This document shows positions 52,342-64,000 of a DNA stretch of 64,000 nucleotides, in pieces. The stretch spans positions 100,750,001-100,814,000 of the forward strand of contig OX597820.1 in NCBI GenBank assembly GCA_951406725.2. Reading direction: 5' to 3'. Position 1 is the stretch's first letter. The number at the start of each line of letters is the position of its first letter. Source of the DNA: Octopus vulgaris (lineage: Eukaryota). The notes below the pieces were generated by a model. That model saw only the letters and a list, made by a program, of their open reading frames with translations. It was not told where the DNA came from and did no database searches. The position numbers were made by a program, and so were the translations under genes.

Positions 52342-52920
52342 ACTAGCAGTATCGCCCGGCGTTGCTCGGGTTTGTAAGGAAAATAACTATATAAGCATTT
52401 TTAGATGCCAATTCGGGCTTTCTTAGCCATTTTTGTTTTGGTGTCTTCAAGCCATGAAGTCGTTGTTCTAAAAGAACGCTGGTTTCCTTCACAACGCATT
52501 ACGACGTTGATTTCTTTACACTCCCTTCCCCACAGCTTCACGAGGGAGGGGAGAGGGAGAAGCAAACAGGTGCAGCTGTGAGCGTGGACGCCAACTCCGC
52601 CGCCATCGACACACGATGCATTTTATGCATTAAAATGGAATAAAAAATGATGTTAAATTATTTTATGCATTAAAATGATGTTAAATTATTTTATGCATTA
52701 AATGATGTTAAATTATTTTATGCATTAAAATGGAATAAAAAATGATGTTAAATTATTTTTTAAATCGTAGACTCATCGTTGACGCGCGCTAATAGTCAGA
52801 TGGGCTCGATATGAATCACGACTATAAGATACCTGAATTTGGTTAAACTGCACCGCAAAATGTGGGAGGAGTTAGGAATCTAAATCGAAGGGGACAGACA
52901 CTCACACAACTAGAGTTTTA
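52342..52920 (-). mobile_element. Non-autonomous Helitron-like element in (TA)n with internal tandem repeat (52616-52760)
   Basis: Minus-strand end CCCGAGCAACGCCGGG hairpin, 8 nt, then CTAG-T; no TIR or TSD; internal repeats of ATGATGTTAAATTATTTTATGCATTAAA. Confidence 0.65.
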
Positions 52921-53087
52921 TATATATACATATATATATAGTTAATAAATAATTAGTTGATAAATTATATGAATTGGTATTATCTGGTAGTTGATGATTG
53001 AAAGAAATCTATTCCTCCATTTTCTTATTTTGTATTATGAATTTGAGGTAAAACATTTTACCTTCGCCCATAATCCTGCAGAGTGAG

Positions 53088-53183
53088 AATTCGTCGAGGA
53101 AGCGGAAGCCTACCACACGCCGACGATAGGCAATACACCTTGAAACCATGGTCCGTGTGTGGTTTCCGCTTCATCGGGGAATT
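53088..53183 (+). ncRNA. Type I hammerhead ribozyme with long helix I (U4C core) in a (TA)n-embedded element at about 52940-53372
   Basis: GAAGCGGAAGCC(tac)CACACG-CCGACGA-T-AGG(caataca)CCT-T-GAA-ACCATGGT-C-CGTGTG(t)GGTTTCCGCTTC. Confidence 0.78.
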
Positions 53184-53368
53184 ACCTCCCCCTGTCCCTA
53201 GCCATATTCAGATGGCTTTAGTCCCTTATGTCATATAATACAATAAATGAATTAATTGCATTGCAATTCTTAGCATTTATGTATTAGCCTTTCTGGGTAC
53301 TTTACTGGCAGTATATTGGATACATGATATCCCATAGTGGGTTACATTCATAACCCCTATCTCACTTT

Positions 53369-53400
<32 letters not shown>

Positions 53401-53436
53401 CTCACACACACACATATTTGTATCTGTTTATCATTA

Positions 53437-53643
53437 CAGGGTGGCCCAAAATTAGGTTTACAGTTATCATGTAGGCACTTTGAATTTCTTTTAAAACATT
53501 TTATTACATTATTTAGTTACAATTAACTAAATAAGCATAGAATAAAGGTTTCATATTTTCTTTTATAATTAAGATCTAAACTGTTAATATATGAATGCGA
53601 AAGAGATAGTTGAATAACTGCAACCCTGCTTTTGGGCCACCCT

Positions 53644-53644
<1 letters not shown>
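53437..53644. mobile_element. Tc1/mariner-type MITE
   Basis: TA-CAGGGTGGCCCAAAA..CAGTTAT / ATAACTG..TTTTGGGCCACCCT. Confidence 0.8.
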
Positions 53645-53674
<30 letters not shown>

Positions 53675-53931
53675 CATACATAGATACATACTTCCAAACC
53701 ACTTTATGGAAGCTTGGATAAGTAGTACCTTCTACTATAGCTTCTGGTCAAGGATTTGGTAGGCACAAACTGAAAGAGACGCTCATACTTCTGACCACAT
53801 AACAACAACTGTACTTGTGATGTGTGTGTGTGTGTGTGTGTGTTTTGTAGAATTCAAGTGACATATGATACTCTCAGCCCTTGAGACATTTCCATAAATA
53901 TCTCTCAACTGAAAATATTAAAAAGTGTACA

Positions 53932-54280
53932 TAGGTGCAGGAGTGGCTGTGTGGTAAGTAGCTTGCTTACCAACCACACAGTTCCGGGTTCAGTCCCACT
54001 GCGTGGCACCTTGGGCAAGTGTCTTCTACTATAGCCTCAGGCCGACCAAAGCCTTGTGAGTGGATTTGGTAGACGGAAACTGAAAGAAGCCCATTGTATA
54101 TTTATATATATGTATATATAGGCGCAGGAGTGGCTGTGGTAAGTAGCTTGTTGACCAACCACATGGTTCCGGGTTCAGTCCCACTGCGTGGCACCTTGGG
54201 CAAGTGTCTTCTACTATAGCCTCGAGCTGACCAAAGCCTTGTGAGTGGATTTGGTAGACGGAAACTGAAAGAAGCCCGTC

Positions 54281-54318
<38 letters not shown>

Positions 54319-54545
54319 GTGTGTGTGTGTGTTTGTGTGTCTGTGTTTGTCTCCCCCAACGTCGCTTGACAACCGATGCTGGTGTGTTACGTCCTTGTAA
54401 CTTAGTGGTTCGGCAAAAGAGACCGATAGGATAAGTACTAGGCTTACAAAGAATAAGTCCTGGGGTCGATTTGCTCGACTAAAAGGCGGTGCTCCAGCAT
54501 GGCCGCAGTCAAATGACTGAAACAAGTAAAAGAGAAAAGAGAAAG
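53932..54545 (+). mobile_element. SINE family A: 5' half (53932-54095) followed by a young full copy (54120-54545)
   Basis: Two tandem heads GCAGGAGTGGCTGTG..GGTTCAGTCCCACTGCGTGGCACCTTGGGCAAGTGTCTTC. Confidence 0.92.
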
Positions 54546-55349
54546 GGAATACATATACATATACTCCACATACTTTGAGAGTGTGCATACATAAGAAACA
54601 AATACTAGTATATAGAATACTAATAATAAAAAGAAAAACAAAACGGCTCAGAAATAACAAAGTAGTCTTTATTTGTATATATCACCATAGTTTTGTTCTC
54701 TCATCAAATGATTAATCCTTTCTCTCACACTTACACTCCTTCTCTCTTTCTCTCTTTCTTCACAGGAAAGAGCCAGATGAACTTATAGTGACATGTGACA
54801 GGTGAACGAGGTCAAGTGACCAGAGATAACTTGTTCTGAATTTTGTAGGAGTCCAGGAAAGTATTTTCATGCATGCCTGCATGCACAAATATATGAGTAC
54901 AGGTGCATAAGCACTAACACACATATGAGAAAACTGTGTCATCACATACATACAAACATACATGCATGCATGCATACACACACACACACACACACACACG
55001 AATATGTGTGTGTGTGTGTGTATATAATGGTAGCCTTACAGCTGTAAGACTACTTTTCTCTTTCTAAATGCCCAGAAATCTCACACTGCCATGGCTTTGT
55101 CTCATTTCATGAAACATATACACGCTCACACATGACCCGACTCGTGTTAGACTCCTCTCTCATACTATTACCAAACCAGGAATCTCACAGTGGTCCTTCT
55201 GTAACACTTACATAGCCAACCTGCATTTTAGGTCTTCTCAATATCAAAGCCTCCCATATATATAGAGGGACTGAACCTGGAACCATGTGGCTGGGAAGTA
55301 AGCTTCTTACCACACAGCCACACTATATACATATATATATATATATATA

Positions 55350-55630
55350 TTATTAGTGAATTGAAGAAATGGAGTTGAACGAAGATTGAACAGAAATCGT
55401 TTTATTGCATTCTACACGTGTTTCGAAAGCCCACAATTTCCCAAATTCCGATTGAATAAGGAGACCATATTGTGTCTTTCTCTTCAGGAAGAAATAGGAA
55501 TTCCGTTGGCAAAAACAAAAACAGAACAGAGGCGCAGCAAAACAAATTGAACGAGGCTCCTAAGAGCCCATGGCCAAACGATTTCTGTTCAATCTTCGTT
55601 CAACTCCATTTCTTCAATTCACTAATAATA
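55350..55630 (-). mobile_element. Solo inverted pseudo-LTR of the Naiad-like PLE, with HHR at 55410-55490
   Basis: 55350-55578 is the reverse complement of about 19105-19335; 55581-55630 repeats the terminal 50 nt in the opposite orientation. Confidence 0.88.
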
Positions 55631-55798
55631 TTAAAATTCAATTATCCGCACCAACGCACGGTTGCAACACCATATGGTTGTACCTCCAACCGTGCTGTCT
55701 TCTGCTGTGATTTTTGCTACCAAGGTATCGGTTAAACTTTTGATTAATCTGCAACAAGATTATTCATCTTTCTATTTCACCAAATATATATATATATA

Positions 55799-56097
55799 TC
55801 ACGTGACCGACCAGACCATCAGATGTTGCTACACATCGCTGGTCACAATGCGCTTCACATTGTTTTAGCCTTCAATGACGCCACCCCGCTGGCTAAGCGA
55901 GCAGGCCAACAGAAGAAAGAGTGAGAGAAAGTTGTGGTGAAAGAGTACAGCAGGGATCACCACCGACCCTGCCGGAGCCTCGTGGAGCTTTAGGTGTTTT
56001 CACTCAATAAACACTCACAACGCCAGGTCCAGGAATCGAAACCGCGAGTCCGCTGCCCTAACCACTGCCCTAACCACTGGGCCATTGTGCCTCCGCA
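55799..56097 (-). mobile_element. SINE family D
   Basis: Matches 16546-16835. Confidence 0.88.
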
Positions 56098-56113
56098 TAT
56101 ATATATATATATA

Positions 56114-56443
56114 TGGCCGTCTGCCAGCCTTGTCTGGCACCTGTGTCGGTGGCACATAAAAAACACCATTCGAGCGTGACCGTCTGCCACCTGTGTCGGT
56201 GGCACATAAAAAACACCATTCGAGCGTGACCGTCTGCCAGCCTCGTCTGGCACCTGTGTTGGTGGCACATAAAATCACCCACTACACTCTCGGAGTGGTT
56301 GGCGTTAGGAAGGGCATCCAGCTGTAGAAACACTGCCAGATCTGACTGGCCTGGTGCAGCCTTCGGGCTTGCCAGACCCCAGTTGAACCGTCCAACCCAT
56401 GCTAGCATGGAAAGCGGACGTTAAACGATTATGATGATGATGA
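56114..56443 (+). mobile_element. RTE 3' UTR fragment
   Basis: Three GTGTCGGTGGCACATAAAA units and (GAT)n tail. Confidence 0.88.
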
Positions 56444-56994
56444 TATATATATATATATACACACACACACAACAGACTAATTAGTGAGGGGTTATCAATT
56501 CAGGCAAAACACTTAATAAGCTCTCCGTTAGTGCACCAAGCTAACAATAACGTTGAGGTAAGTAAAAAGCTCAGCATGTTCTTGTGGCAGTCACACATTA
56601 TAGTTCATCATCAATCTATATTGTAAATCAACAAATCAATGGTTTGATTGAGTAAACCTATCAATAATGAACCTATAATGACTACTGGAAACAACTGTAA
56701 GTCAAATTTACCACAATAAAGAAATATGAAATGACCTAAAATGACAATTTTTCATACTGTGTCTTATGTATGTATGCATGCATGTATGTATGTGAATACA
56801 TATTTTATGATTTGTGTTAAACATAGTGATAATAACTTATCTGAAGCAGAATAAAGTTGTAGACAAAAACAGAGCATAATTTAAATCAATTGAATAACAA
56901 GGGAATAGAAATTATGTTACCAAGTTCATTAGCCAACAGCTGTTCCCTCTATCATTTATATATATCCATACTACATATATATGTAATATATTTA

Positions 56995-57087
<93 letters not shown>

Positions 57088-57089
<2 letters not shown>

Positions 57090-57383
57090 AGGCGCAATGG
57101 CCCAGTGGTTAGGGCAGCGGACTCGCTGTCACAGGATCACGGTTTCGATTCCCAGACCTGGCGTTGTGAGTGTTTATTGAGCGAAAACACCTAAAAGCTC
57201 CATGACGCTCCAGCAGGGGGTGGTGATCCCTGCTGTACTCTTTCACCACTCTTTCTCCCACTCTTTCTTCTGTTGGCCTGCTCGCTTAGCCAGTGGGGTG
57301 GCGTCATTCGAAGGCTAAAACAATGCAAACACATTGTGACCAGCGATGTGTAACAACATCTGATGGTCTGGTCAGTCACGTGA
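57088..57383 (+). mobile_element. SINE family D in (TA)n
   Basis: GGAGGCGCAATGGCCCAGTGGTTAGGGCAGCGGACTC..GGTTTCGATTCCC. Confidence 0.88.
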
Positions 57384-57544
57384 TATATATATATATATAT
57401 ATATAATACTAGCAGAGATACTAGTTGTTCGGGATTAAAATGGCATGGATTTTTTTTATTGTTTTATTTGTTTTGGTCATGTGATTGTGACCATGCTGGA
57501 ACACCACCTTTAGTCGAAGAAATCAACCCCAGGATTGTACAACT

Positions 57545-58030
57545 CTGGGCTCAGCAGATTTGTTTATAAAATTCTTCAGAAAAAGAAAAGCAATAAAGGG
57601 TTATGATGAGCTCAGATAAGCAGAGGAGTGTTGTAGTGCTGGGTAAACATAGGGGCAGGCGGTTTAGAAAACATCTAAGGGTTGATGGGCTATTGTTGTG
57701 AGAGAAGACTGTATAGAGGGATTTAATGTAGGGAAAAAAGGATACTATAAAAAGTTTTAGGGCATGGTTGGTGTCTTTAATGTGTGAGGGTAAGGCAGTG
57801 ACAAGAAATGGCAGTATTTTGTTAAAGTACACTGTTAAGTATTGCAGGTACCAGTGATGATAATAGGGCAGCTAAGATTGTCTTGTTTGGTGAAAAAGTA
57901 GATGATAGAGATTTGTGGGTATGATTACTATGAGGATAGTGGCAGAGAGTAGAAGTGAGCCAGATGAGGGAGAAGTTCATAATGATGCCTCGTTGTTGGT
58001 GGAGTTTCCAAAGAGAGTTGAGATCCATTG
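57545..58030 (-). mobile_element. Decayed PLE (Neptune-like) reverse transcriptase fragment
   Basis: LPSHIKDTNHAL, IKSLYTV.SHN, PSTTTLL.LSELII..FSF..EFYKQI. Confidence 0.75.
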
Positions 58031-58471
58031 TTAGAGAGTCTGATCTTTTTGGTCATTTGTTGCAATTGAAATGTGCAAATCAAAACAGCATATATTGACA
58101 AATAAATCGACCACGAGCTGTACTCCTAGGTTTGGTGTCCAGTTAGACTTTGTGTTGTTTTCATGTTAATGAAATTGTCCTCAATCATGTTATCTAGACT
58201 TTTATTGCGGAAGAAGCCCTTAAGTTGGATCTTTACACTCTGCCAGGCTTAGGACATTTACTACATCACTAGTCTCCTACCCTCTTTATGCACACTACAG
58301 ATCAGATTCCATGCTCTCTCACCTTCCATTCATCCATACTTCCATTAAGAGATAAATTCATCTGCAACTTTTGAATTCAGTTTTTTGACTCCACATCCAC
58401 TCCAAGTTTCCCTGCACCACTTCTATATACAAATATGTGTGTGTGTGTATATATATACACACACACACACA

Positions 58472-59747
58472 CAGGGTGCAATGGGTTAATTGTCACCACC
58501 TTATATTTTTAATTTTGTGCATTGTTTGTTTTTGATTTTGTCAACTACACAGTATAGTAGGGTCAGTTGGGCACCACCTGTGAGAAAAACAGCACCATGA
58601 CACAATTCACTCAGGCAGAAATTTGGAAACAACATGCTGTACTGCTTGGTATTCTCACAGAAGCTCCAGTATGAACATTTCAGAGTGTTTGGGTGTCAGT
58701 CTGAGGATAGTGCAATCTGAGGACATGTACCAAGAGTGATAAAAATCAAAAATCCAGTCAACATCATAACGTTTGGAGTGATGGCGATATTATGCCTCCA
58801 TTCATCTTTCCACATGGCCTCAAGCTCAACATGGAAGCCTATATCAAGTGCCTGATGGAGCTAGTGTTGCCCTGGGTGAAGAGGGTGGCTGCTAGAAGAC
58901 CCTATGTCTGGCAACAGGACTGCACCATGCCGCACTAGCAGGTGAACCCAGTCATGGCTGTCAAACAATTTCTGTAACTCCATCACCCCTAAAATCTGGC
59001 CACCTAACTCCCTAGACTGCAACCCACTTCATTATTATGTGTGGGGTGCAGTTGAGTGAGAGACCAACAAAATTCCTTGTAACACCAAAAATAAACTGAA
59101 GGCAAGGGTTATGGCAGCATTCACCAACTTAAACAAGGAGAACGTCCAGAAGAGTTGCTGGAGATTCCAAAGTCATCTAAAGGCCATGGTTGATAACAAT
59201 TGCGATTTTATTGAATAGATTGACTCTTTAGTATTTCAAGATGTTTTTATGTAATTTTGGTAAATTACACAGGAGTGGCTGTGTGGTAAGTATCTTGCTT
59301 ACCAACCACATGGTTCCGGGTTCAGTCCCACTGTGTGGCATCTTGGGCAAGTGTCTTCTACTATAGCCTCGGGCCGACCAAAGCCTTGTGAGTGGATTTG
59401 GTAGACGGAAACTGAAAGAAGCCCGTCGTATATATGTATATATATGTGTGTGTTTGTGTGTCTGTGCTTGTCCCCCTAGCATTGTTTGACAACCGATGCT
59501 GGTGTATTTACATCCCCATAACTTAGCGGTTCGGCAAAAGAGACCGATAGAATAAGTACTGGGCTTACAAAGAATAAGTCCCGGGGTCGATTTGCTCGAC
59601 TAAAGGTGGTGCTCCAGCATGGCCGTAGTCAAATGACTGAAACAAGTAAAAGAGAGAGAGAGTAAAGAGTATATCTGTTAAAATGAGATGTCAATGTTAT
59701 TTTCATTTTTGCATAATTCAGACAACAGTTTATTCATCGCACCCTGT
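58472..59747 (+). mobile_element. Internally deleted maT/DD37D-like transposon interrupted by SINE A (59270-59670)
   Basis: CAGGGTGCAATG ... CATCGCACCCTG-TA TIRs; YVWQQD..WPPNSLDCNPLHYYVWG; homologous to 10147-10978. Confidence 0.88.
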
Positions 59748-59759
59748 ATATATATGTAT

Positions 59760-60158
59760 AGGCGCAGGCATAGCTGCACGGTAAGAAGCTTGCTTCCCAA
59801 ACACATGATTCTGGTTCAGTCCTGCTGTGTGACATCTTCGGCAAGCATCTTCTACAATAGTCTCAAGCTGACTTGTGACTATAGTCTTGTGAGTGGATTT
59901 AGTAGGCAGAAACTAAAAGAAATCAGTTGTGTATATATATCTATGTGTAACTTTGCTTGTCCCCCAACCACCACTGGTGTTGGTGTGTTTACATTCCCAT
60001 AACTTAGCAGTTCAGCAAAAGTGACCAATAGAATAAGTATCAGGCTTAACAAAAAAAAAATAAACACTGGGGTTGATTTATTCGACTGAAACAAATTATA
60101 CAAGGCAGTGCCCCAGCATGGCCACAGTCAAATGACTGAAACAAGTAAAAGATAAAAG
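59760..60158 (+). mobile_element. SINE family A, diverged
   Basis: GGCGCAGGCATAGCTG head; CAGCATGGCCACAGTCAAATGACTGAAACAAGTAAAAG end. Confidence 0.82.
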
Positions 60159-60159
60159 A

Positions 60160-60198
<39 letters not shown>

Positions 60199-60259
60199 TA
60201 TAAACACACACACACACATATAAACACACACACACACACATATAAACACACACATATAA

Positions 60260-60290
<31 letters not shown>

Positions 60291-60291
60291 A

Positions 60292-60323
<32 letters not shown>

Positions 60324-60626
60324 GCATATACGTGTTTAGAAATGTGTAATACACACACACACACATATATATACAACTTATATATGTACATGTCATACTG
60401 TTGCCATTTTATTTACTGCCAGTTATCTCTCCCTCTCTCACGAACTACTTCCTTTTGACATCCATCCCTCCTTCCTTGTCAACAACATTCCCCATTCATA
60501 TCTAGCATCAACCACTTACCCACCCTTCTTCACCCCTCAATGAACTCACTGCTATACACATCTGGCCACTTCCACCGTTAGCTCTCCTTCTCAATCTCAA
60601 CCAACACTCATGCCACTTTTATACCT

Positions 60627-60857
60627 ATTTCTTTATTACCCACAAGTGGCTAAACACAGAGGGGACAAACAAGGACAGACATAGGTATTAAGTCGATTAC
60701 ATCGACCCCAGTGTGTAACTGGTACTTAATTTATCGACCCCGAAAGGATGAAAGGCAAAGTCGACCTCGGCGGAATTTGAACTCACAACGTAACGCAGAC
60801 GAAATACCGCTAAGCATTTCGCCCGGCGTGCTAACGACTCTGCCAGCTCGCCGCCTT
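60627..60857 (-). mobile_element. SINE family B, young copy
   Basis: CpG-retaining match to 2899-3133. Confidence 0.9.
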
Positions 60858-61480
60858 TTATACCTTTTATGCATCCACAGCCACCCTTCATCTTTCTATC
60901 ACCGCACTTTCATTCCTCCCCTGTCATGTTATTCTGCTGCTCATAACTCTTTTTCTATACTGCCAGACATCACTTTGCCCCACCTAAGGTACTTGTATTG
61001 ATAGTCATCCTGCATTCTTATCACCACAACCATTTGTAATTACCATCAACAAACTAGCGTCCTTCCTTGTTCACCATTCGTTATGTTTACTACAACCCAA
61101 CCTCTCTAACTCAGCCCCTACACTCTTGTAACCTTTACCCATCCACTCTTCCTGATCTTTTAGTTCCCATGCTCTCTTCTATTCACATTCTTGTACCTTC
61201 AGGATATGCTCTAACACCTTATCATAACTAATCACCATCTCCCTTTATCATTCCGTCCCATTTATTCCCCTGTATCATCCGTATAAAATGTAGATTAGCC
61301 ATGAATCACTTTCAAAACAGTAAACCTTGAATCATATTTTAATCTATTATTTTTCAAATTCATTTTTCCAAAAAAACAACATTCTCCGCTATGAACAAGG
61401 TATATAGCATAATATGTCTCCAAAAGTAGTTTTAATTAAAACTTTATGGCAAGTTTTATTCACTTGTTACATACTTGTAC

Positions 61481-61620
61481 TCACTAGTGTAGCTAGTAAG
61501 GCAGGGGCGATCCGCCCCGGGCGGCAGTTTGGGGTCTGCTGTAGGCGATGAGTTTTTTGTGGGGTCCGGCGATAAACAGAAAGGCCGCCCCGGGTGGAAC
61601 ACACTCTAGCTACGCTAGAG
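61481..61620. mobile_element. Small GC-rich MITE-like insertion
   Basis: CTAGTGTAGCTAG / CTAGCTACGCTAG termini; CTTGTAC repeated on both flanks; CCGCCCCGGG twice. Confidence 0.6.
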
Positions 61621-61803
61621 CTTGTACCCCATTCCAAAATCTTATACGCATCAAAGTATTGGCATTCCCCACGTTAAAAACTGCTGCTTCAACGCAAAAC
61701 AACACCTCACATAAAACCACTACCTTCTTTCCCATTCTTCTTCTCAATCGAAGCGGAACTTCAGTCTTACTTACGAGTTGAGACAATTACACAAACGTTG
61801 GTG

Positions 61804-61898
61804 TAGACAGACAGACAGATAGATAGACAGATAGGTAGACGAACGGACAAAAAGATAGATAGCTAGATAGATAGATAGATAGATAGATAGACAGATAA

Positions 61899-61963
<65 letters not shown>

Positions 61964-62028
61964 CAGATAAATAGATAGATATACGGACGGACAGACTGTC
62001 GGAAGGACAGACAGATAGATAGACAGAC
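61804..62028. repeat. (GATA)n/(GACA)n microsatellite
   Basis: Directly visible. Confidence 0.95.
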
Positions 62029-62441
62029 ATTTATACATACACACACTCGTGCGTGTGTGCACGTATGCCTGTGTCTGCATCCTGCACTTATTTCGTCGAT
62101 GAGTTCAGTTGTTCGATCAACTGAACGACCTCTTTCAATTAAACTGTGATGTAGCAGAGTATTCCGCAGACACGTGTACCCTAAACGTAACTGTCAGAAA
62201 GAATCTACGAGACATAGTGTATCACAATCTCGCCCTTCGCAGGCTTCCAAACAGTTTCCGTGAAACTGATTGCATTCACATGGTTTGGGGTTGACACGAA
62301 GTTACGGTAAAAAAAACAAAAAATGCTGAAAATGCCATGTAATGGAATCCAATCCGCGACCACGCCATTTACTGCGACCTTCTTTACCATTAGGGCGGTT
62401 GCGTCCATTCAGGTGCACACACACACACACACACACATACA

Positions 62442-62491
<50 letters not shown>

Positions 62492-62771
62492 AACAAATTA
62501 TGAAAGCATCAAGTTTTAGTTCTTCTGTCACTATCTTCTATTAGAATTCAGTCAAAAGAAGGATGCTTTATACGAATTCTGAAATGTGTGGTTTTATCTT
62601 TTCGTTTAGATTTTGTTCGAGTGTGTTCTTTCAAGAATAATATTAACGAAATAAATATTTTACTGAATAAGTAAATAATGAGTAAAGCAGATTATCTAAC
62701 AAATAGTTAGAAAACACTAAAAAAAAAAAAAAACTTGGATTTTTTGCGTGGAATCAAGTACCCTGACCTCC

Positions 62772-62875
62772 TAATATGCTGGAAATCCCATATTTTGGTT
62801 CGGAATTGGTCCGGAGGGGAACCCCCGCACCTCCGGACAAATTCCGAACCAAAATATGGGATTTCCAGCATATTA
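62772..62875. repeat. 46-bp-arm hairpin with one mismatch
   Basis: TAATATGCTGGAAATCCCATATTTTGGTTCGGAATTGGTCCGGAGG / CCTCCGGACAAATTCCGAACCAAAATATGGGATTTCCAGCATATTA. Confidence 0.93.
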
Positions 62876-63564
62876 AAATCGTGCGGGTGTTAATCTGTAA
62901 TTTTACCCAAAATTAAATAAAAAAAAGTTTATAGATCTTCGAAGAAAATATCGATATTAAATAATAAGTGTATATACATCATCTTCAAAGAATCTATTCC
63001 TATTATATAATAATGCCGCTAGTTATCGGATAGTGTTCGTGTTTTGTTGACATCGGTTTCCATTGGCGAAGGATGTTTACAGACAGATGGAACTTCGTCT
63101 GCTTTGGCAACACTATGAAACCAACCATGCTATTCCTCCTCCTCCTCCTTCACCTCGAAATTAATAAGGAAACTGGTGGGAGTGAGGGGGTTAATTTACA
63201 AAAATAAAAGATTTAAAGCAAAATGAACACATAAAAATAATTGTTTTATGGATAAGGAAGATTTAATAATAAAAAGTTTGTTTAACTAGGCATAAGCGTA
63301 GTCCTGTAAGAGAGGAATATAGGTACCGGAATATAGCCGTATATAATCGGCAAATAATTTCTTTGATCTAGAAGATGCGATACTTCATTTGATCCTGGAA
63401 GGATTTGAACTCTAGTGAAGAAAGTAAAAATACTCTAAGAAATAACGTTCTGAAGACATCTGACAGGGGTTAATGTTGTTATGTACAAGTGCTTATACAA
63501 GGATCAAAACCGATCTTGAATATCTTTCATTGTAGTTTTATTACCACTACTATTACACATAATA

Positions 63565-63750
63565 ACTGTTTCAAACATAGGTATAATAAGGCTAGCAGTT
63601 TTGAAATGAAAGGGTTAGTTCACACTATTGACCCCCAGTACTTAACCGGTACTTGATTTTATTGATCTCGATTAAACGAAGGGCAAAGCTGACCTCCACG
63701 AGATTTGAACACGGACCATGAATAGCCGAAAGAAATACACCGCAAGTCAT
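63565..63750 (-). mobile_element. SINE family B, old copy
   Basis: GACCCCCAGTACTTAACCGGTACTT..GGCAAAGCTGACCTC..GATTTGAAC. Confidence 0.6.
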
Positions 63751-64000
63751 TGCGGTATTTATAATAATGATTAGTTTTTAGGATTACGTAAAAGACGTTT
63801 AGTTTTATAAGAGAGGAGAGGAACGAATGAGGTTGTGTGGTGTTCATACCTTTTTAACGAGAATGAAGAGGCTAGTAAAATTAACAACCAAGTACCGATG
63901 AAATAGAGACAATAACAATAATAATAATAAAATAATGAAGTTTTTTTTCCTTTACCTGCAAATAGTTATTATATGAAGCGCGAAATTTGTCCGATATCCT

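Noticed and set aside
57088-57165. tRNA gene (also the heads at 16760-16835, 50170, 54120, 60780)
   Set aside because: A/B boxes are present but continue into multi-copy SINE bodies without a complete cloverleaf.

Overview
This is AT-rich, repeat-saturated eukaryotic DNA. The repeat repertoire (dense (TA)n/(TACA)n microsatellites, several tRNA-headed SINE families, RTE LINE tails ending in (GAT)n) resembles octopus/coleoid cephalopod DNA; this is an inference from pattern recognition, not a database match. No host protein-coding gene is supported, and nearly all long ORFs in the track are microsatellite artefacts. The recognisable coding remnants all come from transposons: mariner/Tc1/maT transposases, a CR1-like LINE, RTE LINEs (one with a PHD finger inside the RT), a Dong/R4-type element in a (TAA)n tract, and three Penelope-like elements (PLEs), one retaining an intact 457-codon GIY-YIG ORF. 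The most striking unexplained signal is about a dozen type I hammerhead ribozyme (HHR) motifs from at least eight unrelated short elements, mostly inserted in (TA)n tracts. They include a G3:C8 core-swap variant, U4C variants, giant-helix-II variants and a head-to-head palindromic pair. Several long foldback repeats are also present. Repeat boundaries were read by eye and are approximate.
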